The translations under genes were made by a program, and so were the position numbers. A stretch of DNA of 64,000 nucleotides from Kiritimatiellia bacterium (lineage in GTDB: Bacteria > Verrucomicrobiota > Kiritimatiellia > RFP12 > JBMNHG01), in the NCBI GenBank assembly GCA_050950285.1, contig JBMNHG010000008.1, positions 186,001 through 250,000 on the forward strand. The letters run 5' to 3'. Positions 48,001 through 55,905 of this stretch are shown here, piece after piece. The notes beneath the pieces are model-generated. The model saw nothing but the letters and a program-made list of their open reading frames with translations, was not told the DNA's origin and searched no databases. Positions within the stretch are counted from its first letter, which is position 1. The number at the start of each line of letters is the position of its first letter.

Positions 48001-51000
48001 GCCATCGGCAACGAAGTCGCGACGACCATCAAGTTCGCCCCGGGGCTGCTCGTCGAGAAGACGGGGCCGGGCGTCGTCAGCAGGGGCGACACCTTCTCCT
48101 GGACGGTCGATTACTACAACAACTCCGGCATGGATGACGATGCCGCCACCATCGAGGACATCCTGCCCGCCGGTGTCGAGTTCCTCTCCGCCACCCACAC
48201 CTGGAACGCGGTGGCGACCACCAACGGCGCGCCCGCGGACAACTGCAGCCTGGATGTGCCGTCTGCGGTCGAGACGCTTCCCGACGGCCGCACCCGCCTC
48301 GCCTTCAACATCGCCAGCACCAACGGCGGCTACCGCGGCGCGACTGACAAGCTGCTCTCGGGGGAGGGCGGCACACTGACGATCACCGTCCGGGCCGGCA
48401 GCGATCTGCCGAGCAACTCCGAGCTGCTCAACCGCGTCACCGGCACGGCGGAGGCCAACAACGAGACGGTGACCTCGCGCGACGAGCACCTCGTGCTGGT
48501 GCGCAACGCCGAGCTGCGCGTCCGCAAGCTCGCCACCCCGGCGCTTCCCGTCGCGGGCGACACGGTGATCTACAACATCATCGTCGGCAACTCCGGGCGG
48601 ATGGCCGCCCGCGACGTCGTCATTACCGACCAGCTCCCGGAAGGCGTGACCTTCGTCACGGACTCCGTCACGATGCTGACCCCGGGCTACACCATCGGCC
48701 AGCCCGTCGTCTCCGGCGGCACGCTGACGTGGAGCGTGGCCGGCAACAACCCGCTGGCGAAGACCGGGCTGCCTCCCGGCGAGCTGCCCGCGCACTCGGG
48801 CGACGTCACGATCCAGTACAAGGGCCTCGTCGCCGCGTCGGTCGCGCCCGGCACGCTTCTGCCCAACACGGTAACGGTCAGCACCACGACACCCGAGGAC
48901 GGCACCGAGCCCAACACGGCCGAGGCCGCGGTCAGGACGCCGTATCCCGATCCCGTCATCTTCAAAAAAGGCCCCGACATCGTGCCCCCGGGGGAGCGGT
49001 TCGTCTGGAACATCACCTACTACAACGCCACGCGCCAGGCGGGCGGGGACGTCTATATCATCGACACCCTGCCGGACGCCGACGGCGATGGCGTCGTTGA
49101 CGTGACCTTCGTCGAGCAGCGGGCCGCCGGCCCCGGCGCCGTGACGGCCTACTACCACACCGCCGGCAGCACCTCCGCGCCCCCGTTCAATCCCTCGGCG
49201 CCGCTCACGGGCGGCTGGACGGCCGACCCCGCCGTCCCGGTGCGGCACATCGCCTGGCTCGTCGGCACACTGCCCGGCATGGCCGGCCCCTATGCCATCT
49301 CCGTGACGGTCGTCGCCGCGCCGCCCGCGGGCGGCGAGCCCCTCGCGGCAGGCACGTCCCTGCGCAACGCCGTCGAGATCTTCGTCTCCGGCACGGACGA
49401 GAACCCGAACAACAACACCGACCAGCACAAGGTGCGCACGCCGGCCAACGACGTGGCGCTCACCAAGACCGGCTCCAGCGAGGCCCTTGCCCCCGGCGTC
49501 GTGCCGGGCGACACCATCGCCTACGAGATCGTCGTCGAGAACACCGGCACGCAGATCGCCTACGGCATCGAGGTCGCGGACGCTCTGCCCGCCTGCCTGC
49601 AAGCCGCCGAGGACGGCTCCGCGTGCACCCTGGCGCTCGTGGATGCCGCCGGCGAGCCGGTGCTGCCGGTGGATGCCGACGGCAATGAAATCAGCGCGCC
49701 CGTGCCGCTGACGCGCGTGGCGACGGCGGACGGCGTGGTCTGGTACCTCGGCTCGACGGACGCGGGCAGCGACTACTACTACCGCAACATCGGCCTGCTC
49801 CCCGGCCAGCGGCAGGCCCTCTCGCTGACGGCCGCGGTGGCCTCCGACGTCCCCGGCGGCACGCGCATCGTCAACACCGCCACCGCCACCATCCGCAACC
49901 GCACCGATGCGGAGCCTGACGAGGAGTTCCTGGCCAACAACAGCGACACCAGCGAGACCATGGCCTACCGCTCCGACGTCGCCGTGCTCAAGTCCGTGGC
50001 GGATGCCGCGACGGGCGACGCCGACTGGACCGAGAAGGGCAGCCTGCTCACCTACACCATCGAGTACAACAACCTTGGCGAGGCCGTGGCGAAGGACACG
50101 GTCATCTCCGAGATCGTCCCCGAGGGCACCACGCTCGTCGCGGTGCAGAATCCGGCCGGCAGCACGGTGACCTACTACCCGGCCGGCGGCGCGGCGGCGC
50201 GGGGCTTCGACGTGCATCTCGGCGATTTCCGGGCCAACCCCGACAAGGCCGTCATGGTTCACTACGCCGCGACGGCCGCGAACACCATCAGGGCTCCGGA
50301 TAACTTCATGAACAGGGGCAGCATCGCGGCGATCGGCGACGTCAACGGCGACAATATCCCCGACCTGATTACCACCGCGAACACCGATCATAATAATGTG
50401 CCTAGGTTTTCGGGCGGAGCCCAGGTGATCTTGATGAACGCCGACGGCACCGCCAAGGAAACCGTGAAGATCGTCAACGGCTCTGGCGGCATCCCGCCCG
50501 GAACCTTCCAAGATATCGATTACGTCGGCAAAATTGTTACAGGTCTTGGTGATGTCGATGGCGACGGCATACCGGATGTGTTCCTGTCCCAGATCAGGGA
50601 TCGCTACGTACACAATAGCGGGCTCGGTTATGTCCTGATGCTCAACTCCAACGGGACCGTCAAGTCGTTTGTGGCGTTGGAGAACGGCATAAATGGCATC
50701 CCCGCGGATTTTGCCCACGACAAACTGGGGAACAACCCCAGTTTTGACAGCAGCACGGATTTTGACGGCGACGGCGTTCGTGATATCCTGGTAGGAAACG
50801 GTGACGAATTTTTCTTTGGTCTCCTGCTGTTGAACACCAACGGCGCGGTCAGGCAGGCTATCGGCTACGGGCCCGGCACGAATGGTATCCCCGCGGATGT
50901 TTCCTCCTGGGGGAGCCAGAGCCATCCCTTTGTGATCGGTGATGTCGATGGCAATGGCGTGCGGGATCTGTTTGTCAGAACACCCGGCATGTATAGTCAC

Positions 51001-54000
51001 AGCGGCGGGGGCCTGGTTGTGCTGCTCGAAACCAATTTCACCGCCAAGAGCGTTGTTTGCCTGGCAAACGGGCAGGGCGGGGTGCCGGCTGACTGCTTCA
51101 ATCCCTATGATCTTGTGGGATATACCGGCTACCCGCTTGGCGACTTCAACGGCGATGGTATTCCGGATGTTCTGCTCGGTGCGAGGGGTATCGAGGGGGT
51201 CAGCGGAATCGGTCGCGGCGGCGCGGTCATCATGCTGCTCGACAACGATGGAACCGCCAAGGATGTGATCAAGCTGGTCGACGGGACTCCGGGTATTCCG
51301 GAAGGTTCGTTTGATGTTTTTCACGAGGAGTGGGAAGAGGGCTTCTTGTATGCAATCGGCGTGCCCGGCGACGTTGACGGCGACGGCGTCACCGACATTA
51401 TGTTCGCCGGCGAGCTGGTTAACGAGGATCTGTATATGATGCAGGGCCTCTGGTTTTTGGCCTTGATGAACCCTGACGGCACCGTCAAGGCACTTACACG
51501 CATGATAGATGGCGAGGGCGGCATACCGGATAACACGCCGGATTGGGAAGAGTTCCTGGGTCCCCATGGTGCCGTGATAAGGGACATTGACGGCAGCGGG
51601 ACACCCGGTTTTGCGTGCGTTGCAGGGCAAAACGTGTTTGAGTACTATGTCTCGACCGTCCATCTGGGCCTCACGCCAGTGGCCGACGACGAGCAGCCGA
51701 TCACCTTCGCCGGCACAACCGTGGTTGAGCGCAGATTCCAGGCCGGCGAGGATGCCGTGGGGTGGGACAGGATCGAGACCGCGGCCAATGTGCCCGAAGG
51801 CACCACGCTGACCTACTCCATCGGGCGCCTCGTCAATGGAAAACCCGTTTACGACCTCGGTCCGGCCTTTATGGACCTCCCGCACCCGTTCCCCGCGGGT
51901 GGGCTGGACATCTCGTCCATCCCGGGCTCCAGCAGGGATCTCGTTGTCAAGGCGGCCTATACCGGCACCGAGCCGCCGACGGTCGATAACATCGCGATCT
52001 TCACGACCTCCGAAAAATGGCCCTCGTTCAACTTCACCGTGCGCGTGGACGACCCGGTCGCGGCCGGCGTGTTGCCGGACATCAACAACACCGTCTCGAT
52101 CAGCACCGCCACCCCCGAGAGCGACACCAGCAACAACACGGACGATGCGGTGATCATGGTCAGAACCATCGACCTCGAGGTGGCCAAGACCGCCGACAAG
52201 GCCGCCGCCTTTACCAACGATCTGGTCACCTTCACCCTCGCGTGGCGCAACCACGGGCCGTGGCCCGCCGTCAATGCCGTGCTCACGGACGTCCTGCCTG
52301 CCGGCCTGACCTTCGTGTCGTCCACACCGGCGCATGACGCGGTTGCCGGTAACGTCTATTCGTGGAACCTCGGCGATGCCGCGTCCGGCGCCACCGGTAC
52401 CGTCACCGTCGTCGCGCGCGTCGCCGCCGGCACCGCCGGCCAGACGCTCGTCAACACCGCGCGCATCGCCAACGACCGCCAGGAGAGCGACTACACCAAC
52501 AACGACGCCTCCGTCCCCGTGGTCGTGAAGGGACTCGCCAACGTCTGGATCAGGAAGTCCGGCCCCGCCACCGTGCGCCTCGGCGGCACGGCCGTCCATA
52601 CCCTCGCCTACGGCAACAACGGCAACGCCGCCGCCGCAAATGTGGTGATCGCCGACACGCTGCCCGCCGGCATGACCTACGTCAGCGCCAATCCGTCTGC
52701 CGCGATGACTTCGGACAATCCCAAGACCTGGTTTATCGGCAACCTCGATGCCGGCGCCACCGGCACGGTCACCGTCACGGTCAGCGTGGACAACGACTTC
52801 GCCCTCTACGGCACGCCGCTCGTCAACCAGGCCGCCATCAGCACGACGTCGGACGAGGTGACGCTCTCCGACAACACGGACGACCACTCCGTCGATCCCG
52901 TCTACGTGCCCGCCTCGATCGGCGGCACCGTGTGGCATGATGTGAACCGCAACGCCACGAACGACCTTGGCGAGGTGGGGATCGAGAGCGTGCTGATCGA
53001 CCTCTACGAGGACGTGAACGGGAACGGCATCCTCGATGCCGGCGATGAATGGCTGGACTACCGTGAAACCGACGAGAACGGCTGCTACCTCTTCAGCGGG
53101 CTGGCGCCCGGGAAGTACATCGTGGCCGAGACCGACCCGTTCGGCTACGAGAGCACGGGCGACGTGGCCGGTGCCAACGATAATCTGATCCCCGTGACGG
53201 TCGCGGGCGGCGACAGGGTGACGGGTCGCGACTTCTACGACGTCCGGTTGCCGGCGCGCCTCTACGGCTACGCCTACCAGGACAAGGACAAGAGCCTGAC
53301 GCGCAACGCCGGCGACGGCGTATGCACGGGCATGGTCGTGCAGATCTGGATGGACGGGGTGCAGGTCGCCGCCACCCATACCGCCGCCGACGGCTACTAC
53401 GAGTTCCACGGGCTCGAACCGGGAACCTACCAGGTGCGCTTTATCTGCGACACCACGGCCCTGACCGCCACTCCCGCAGACGGCAGCGAGGCCGCCAGGG
53501 ACGTGGAGCGCAACCGCGCCGTGGCGGCCGGAGCCGACTATGCCTCCGTGCTCTACACGCTCTATGCCGGCCACGGGATCGGCGCCGACCCCGGCGAGCC
53601 GGTCAACGCCGGCTTCAAGGGCGATGGCCCCTCGAGCTCGGGAATCGACCTGCAGGCCTTCCAGGGGGCGGACGGGGTGTATGTCGAGTTCGTGGCCCAC
53701 GATGTCGAGGAGGACGGCGAGATCACGCTCTTCCTGGTCGGGCCGGACGGCAGGCCGCTCTGGCACGGCTCCTGCGAGGTCGGGGCCGGCGGCGATTTCA
53801 TCTGCCGCTTCCGCGTACCCGGACTGCGGGTCGGCGGCAGATACCACTTCATGGTGCAGGACGAGGTGGGCCAGTTCTGGGAAGCCTATGGTGTCGAGGT
53901 GAAGCCCTTCGCCGCCGAGATGATCCGCATGTCGCTGGCGGGCGTGACGCTCTCCTTCGAGAGCCTGCCCGAGCGCGAGTACGCGATCCAGTGGACGCCG

Positions 54001-54123
54001 CGCCTCGGCGATCCCTGGCAGACGGTGGCGACCGTCTTCTCCGAGGGCCGGCATACGACGGTCGTCGTGCCGCACCCCGACCGCAGCGCACCCAGCGGCT
54101 TCTTCCGCATCGTCCTGCAGTAG
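45025..54123 (+). CDS. Giant secreted adhesin-like protein 3: about a dozen DUF11-like domains, nested 7x FG-GAP propeller, 2x SdrD-B, shared C-terminal module
   Basis: RBS GGAGG; signal peptide ending GGAASA; many K(T/S)...G..(Y/W)T(I/L)...N.G...(I/V).D.LP.G..(F/Y)V units; seven DxDGDG-type repeats at ~50330-51610; ends GFFRIVLQ. Confidence 0.92.
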   Translation: MNKATNKPVCHGLGFLAAMALALSLGGAASAAPIIDNNVGTWTDAYHDNVGVQTNFNTVVDCDAGVVRLEAGRTSGSYETVRIKPPSFGAWGVLKLSGTWSAPSDVKVSVIDAATRATLLGPADYAGEIALAGIDPVEHPEVAVIVTLTEGTVSPLVSGLAVTWEPVTRLLLDKTAPASVAAGQQLVYRIRYSVNHVATRNLVVWDKVPRAADGTLIYPAAHGQNDDVAFVEASHGGVYTATPVTVHGVEIPGGSVYWDLGTKSEGMTDTLWFTVRTKNGTLNGTRAVNSASATAENAGVVHSGTVETLITSEPAPVVTKRTGNGIYTLESGNYTFPGQINRFSIEVRNNHAGEGCETMYGTVVYDDLSNLMGKINPDLGGPGIPVADISPAGGTYTPAFTPPGGGASFFPAVVWTNCSTLAPGGRFTSSFAVQLLDAAQLAGEGSYTNTAWLASSHTDPISSAVDVVWPADETPHGVFAKGDNLDANFDISIHNDDPSLFVRPGTSYPYGLAVDNDGVVALNDLIFADRIPDGTTFKSVWFNDPWLQTNAVVFYSTVTTADTNTPPAYGAANAPGDIDVGTNDFWSTVPPADPADVTWVAFYIPAVNSIHAQPGSPGWVAGAPTRAVGYFDVTVSPSFLAPKPCVDKHITNRGHFDSYAYTPLAGGGKVAGRLHATNDETTRVSIDKPRLGFAERGRVTPMVLGEPGRLSYTLGVKNTGTAMAEDVLLEICWPSAEVNGVSQYVAFDSVSPASIREFDPADGRLVLELGTIAPGASASATLTVNVPEGIVFGRPLTFTSKATATVLCPQAPIADTATAFALFAPSLKAVKNDVLDMLPPGSAADYTLTVLNKGNAPSHGTFVVDRIPDEMVLVHATGPNGERVWFSDADNAPPSFLSPSAPINAATIAANFTLGTQDGDVWTSPFGEQTRWVAWEMDCVIGESKFYPVGCAHTVGLRLRNDRDGPGPGTAGSDEGTQIFNSAAVFSDELLQAIGNEVATTIKFAPGLLVEKTGPGVVSRGDTFSWTVDYYNNSGMDDDAATIEDILPAGVEFLSATHTWNAVATTNGAPADNCSLDVPSAVETLPDGRTRLAFNIASTNGGYRGATDKLLSGEGGTLTITVRAGSDLPSNSELLNRVTGTAEANNETVTSRDEHLVLVRNAELRVRKLATPALPVAGDTVIYNIIVGNSGRMAARDVVITDQLPEGVTFVTDSVTMLTPGYTIGQPVVSGGTLTWSVAGNNPLAKTGLPPGELPAHSGDVTIQYKGLVAASVAPGTLLPNTVTVSTTTPEDGTEPNTAEAAVRTPYPDPVIFKKGPDIVPPGERFVWNITYYNATRQAGGDVYIIDTLPDADGDGVVDVTFVEQRAAGPGAVTAYYHTAGSTSAPPFNPSAPLTGGWTADPAVPVRHIAWLVGTLPGMAGPYAISVTVVAAPPAGGEPLAAGTSLRNAVEIFVSGTDENPNNNTDQHKVRTPANDVALTKTGSSEALAPGVVPGDTIAYEIVVENTGTQIAYGIEVADALPACLQAAEDGSACTLALVDAAGEPVLPVDADGNEISAPVPLTRVATADGVVWYLGSTDAGSDYYYRNIGLLPGQRQALSLTAAVASDVPGGTRIVNTATATIRNRTDAEPDEEFLANNSDTSETMAYRSDVAVLKSVADAATGDADWTEKGSLLTYTIEYNNLGEAVAKDTVISEIVPEGTTLVAVQNPAGSTVTYYPAGGAAARGFDVHLGDFRANPDKAVMVHYAATAANTIRAPDNFMNRGSIAAIGDVNGDNIPDLITTANTDHNNVPRFSGGAQVILMNADGTAKETVKIVNGSGGIPPGTFQDIDYVGKIVTGLGDVDGDGIPDVFLSQIRDRYVHNSGLGYVLMLNSNGTVKSFVALENGINGIPADFAHDKLGNNPSFDSSTDFDGDGVRDILVGNGDEFFFGLLLLNTNGAVRQAIGYGPGTNGIPADVSSWGSQSHPFVIGDVDGNGVRDLFVRTPGMYSHSGGGLVVLLETNFTAKSVVCLANGQGGVPADCFNPYDLVGYTGYPLGDFNGDGIPDVLLGARGIEGVSGIGRGGAVIMLLDNDGTAKDVIKLVDGTPGIPEGSFDVFHEEWEEGFLYAIGVPGDVDGDGVTDIMFAGELVNEDLYMMQGLWFLALMNPDGTVKALTRMIDGEGGIPDNTPDWEEFLGPHGAVIRDIDGSGTPGFACVAGQNVFEYYVSTVHLGLTPVADDEQPITFAGTTVVERRFQAGEDAVGWDRIETAANVPEGTTLTYSIGRLVNGKPVYDLGPAFMDLPHPFPAGGLDISSIPGSSRDLVVKAAYTGTEPPTVDNIAIFTTSEKWPSFNFTVRVDDPVAAGVLPDINNTVSISTATPESDTSNNTDDAVIMVRTIDLEVAKTADKAAAFTNDLVTFTLAWRNHGPWPAVNAVLTDVLPAGLTFVSSTPAHDAVAGNVYSWNLGDAASGATGTVTVVARVAAGTAGQTLVNTARIANDRQESDYTNNDASVPVVVKGLANVWIRKSGPATVRLGGTAVHTLAYGNNGNAAAANVVIADTLPAGMTYVSANPSAAMTSDNPKTWFIGNLDAGATGTVTVTVSVDNDFALYGTPLVNQAAISTTSDEVTLSDNTDDHSVDPVYVPASIGGTVWHDVNRNATNDLGEVGIESVLIDLYEDVNGNGILDAGDEWLDYRETDENGCYLFSGLAPGKYIVAETDPFGYESTGDVAGANDNLIPVTVAGGDRVTGRDFYDVRLPARLYGYAYQDKDKSLTRNAGDGVCTGMVVQIWMDGVQVAATHTAADGYYEFHGLEPGTYQVRFICDTTALTATPADGSEAARDVERNRAVAAGADYASVLYTLYAGHGIGADPGEPVNAGFKGDGPSSSGIDLQAFQGADGVYVEFVAHDVEEDGEITLFLVGPDGRPLWHGSCEVGAGGDFICRFRVPGLRVGGRYHFMVQDEVGQFWEAYGVEVKPFAAEMIRMSLAGVTLSFESLPEREYAIQWTPRLGDPWQTVATVFSEGRHTTVVVPHPDRSAPSGFFRIVLQ

Positions 54124-54132
54124 GCCTGGGGA
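53591..54132 (+). repeat. Shared C-terminal module DNA, copy 3
   Basis: About 19 mismatches in 480 bp against copy 1 by manual count (41221-41700 vs 53641-54120). Confidence 0.95.
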
Positions 54133-54190
54133 CTGCGGTCTCCGCAGGCCATGTGTGCGGACCTGGGGACCGCGGTCTCCGCGGGCCATG
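54126..54190. repeat. Two tandem REP-like palindromes after gene 3
   Basis: CTGGGGACYGCGGTCTCCGCRGGCCATG at 54126-54153 and 54163-54190. Confidence 0.75.
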
Positions 54191-54398
54191 GGTGCGGGCA
54201 ATGGACCTGGTGCCTGGGGCCTGGGGCCCGCAGCCTTCCGATGCGTCTTGGCGGTTCACCGTCGGCTCGCGCCAGGTTCCGCGATAAAAAAAGAGGGATA
54301 GACCCATGCCCGCCGATATGCCATATTTTATCTGTCGTTTTGGGCGCGGCATGGTGCTGCGCAGAAAAGGATGTCGCGTACGCATCGAAGGAACGATA

Positions 54399-55418
54399 AT
54401 GAAGTCGGAACACCAGCTCGATGAAACCGTGCCCACCCGGGAACAGATCGACAAGATGTATGCGCTTGCCAAGCGGGTTCTCGACATCTCGCCGTGGGAG
54501 TTCATGGTGGAGCTTCAGATACTGGCCGTCCAACACTCGGCGGAAGATACAAGCTTTTTGATTGTGACCGGTGCCATGGGCGAGTATTTTTCAGTCCAAA
54601 TCTATTCGTCTTTTCACGATCTTGACGCGATGCTGAGGCTCGATGAGGGGAGCCACCAGGACATGGTTGATATCATGTTCGGGATGCCGCAGCTCAAGCT
54701 GGTCTTCGCAAAGGCGAACGAGCTGCTGCCGGGAGACCGGGAGAGGATCAAGGCGTCGGGCATCGCGTTCAAGAAAGGCAAGAATCCCAGCCTTCAATCG
54801 ATGATGCCCGGATATGACAACTGCTTCCCGGGCGGCAGGGAGCTTGATCGCATGGCGGCATGCATCGAGCAATTGCTGTTCATGCTGGAAGGGGGGCAGA
54901 CGATTCCGGAAATCAGCTCTCCCATGGATCCCATCTGTACCCGCGTGTGCCGGGAGGGTGGCTGGGAGCAGGAGATGAAGAGTCACCCCCTGTTGCATCC
55001 GGAGCCTGATTTGTCCGTTTCGGAAGAACTGTTGAATCAGGTGCTCGGTCTGCCGAGGCGGGACAGGTCCATGGCTTGCGGCTGTTTCGTCATCCCGACC
55101 CGTTTCCGTGAAAAGGGACGCCGTCCGACCGTGCCCCGGGCATGCATGCTGATGGATGTGGAGTCACAGTTTATCATCGGCATGGAACTGCTCGTGCCGG
55201 AGCCGGGGAAGTTGTGGAATATCGCGGCCGCGCTTGACACGATCCTCAAGAAGTTCGTCACGCTCGGCTTCCGTCCATCCCGGTTGAGAGTCAACGGCCC
55301 TCTGCTCCAGGAGGTTGGGGAGCAGTTTTGCACCATGATCGACGTGGACTATGATGAACGCCACTTCCAGCCCATGTTGCAGGCCTTTGACGAGATCATG
55401 AGCCGGCTGGGATGCTGA
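54399..55418 (+). CDS. Hypothetical cytoplasmic protein, AT-richer than its neighbours, between adhesin paralogues 3 and 4
   Basis: RBS AAGGA; MYALAKRVLDISPWEFM...TGAMGEY...PSLQSMMPGY; putative promoter TAGACC-17-CATATT at 54299-54327. Confidence 0.75.
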   Translation: MKSEHQLDETVPTREQIDKMYALAKRVLDISPWEFMVELQILAVQHSAEDTSFLIVTGAMGEYFSVQIYSSFHDLDAMLRLDEGSHQDMVDIMFGMPQLKLVFAKANELLPGDRERIKASGIAFKKGKNPSLQSMMPGYDNCFPGGRELDRMAACIEQLLFMLEGGQTIPEISSPMDPICTRVCREGGWEQEMKSHPLLHPEPDLSVSEELLNQVLGLPRRDRSMACGCFVIPTRFREKGRRPTVPRACMLMDVESQFIIGMELLVPEPGKLWNIAAALDTILKKFVTLGFRPSRLRVNGPLLQEVGEQFCTMIDVDYDERHFQPMLQAFDEIMSRLGC

Positions 55419-55454
55419 CGCCATCGACAAAGCGGGGAACATTTCCCGCGCACC

Positions 55455-55475
55455 GTAATCGGTTGGTGACAGGGG
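55455..55475 (+). repeat. 21-bp direct repeat, copy 2
   Basis: Exact match to 23034-23054. Confidence 0.85.
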
Positions 55476-55690
55476 CTGCGAAGATCATGCGTTTCTGGTG
55501 AAGGAGTTATGCATGGCAAGGTAGGGCGGGACGTCTCGGACCACCCACCGCCCCTTCGGGGCTTGGGCGCCGCGCACGGCACGGGGGAAAAACGCTCAAC
55601 GCTCAATTTTCAGCGGGCGGGATGGCCGATCAGGCCGCCCCGTCCGATCTGCGTGCGCCAATTTTTTGGCCATTCCCCGTTGAGTTTTGT

Positions 55691-55720
55691 TTGACTCGGT
55701 TGTTGAGGCCAACGTATACT
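55691..55720 (+). promoter_or_regulatory. Putative promoter of adhesin gene 4
   Basis: TTGACT, 18-bp spacer identical to that of gene 3, TATACT. Confidence 0.65.
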
Positions 55721-55773
55721 GCTTGAGCAAACGCAGGGCTTGCAACACGCATAGGGCAACTCCGCACACGAAG

Positions 55774-55892
55774 GAGGCTCTCGCAAAACCCAGACGGACT
55801 CCAGCCCGCCGGGGACGGCGGTCCCCAGGGGCGAATCGGGAGGGTCGGACTCTGTCCCGACCGGTTTACGCAAGAGGTTTTGCAAGTGCAAA
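55774..55892. mobile_element. Possible degenerate MITE-like insertion in the gene 4 leader
   Basis: CTCGCAAAACC (55780-55790) pairs with GGTTTTGCAAG (55876-55886) at 10/11 and encloses a REP-like unit at 55805-55828; absent from the paralogous gene 3 leader. Confidence 0.4.
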
Positions 55893-55905
55893 CGAAGGTA
55901 CTCCC

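Noticed and set aside
41171..54132. Diversity-generating retroelement template/variable repeat pair
   Set aside because: No reverse transcriptase in the window, all copies are coding, and mismatches are not adenine-specific.
55746..55800. c-di-GMP-I riboswitch resemblance (CACGCATAGGGCAA...CGCAAAACC)
   Set aside because: No GNRA tetraloop in the would-be P2 and no tetraloop-receptor P3; the CGCAAAACC tract is better explained as one arm of an inverted repeat. An Infernal search would settle it.
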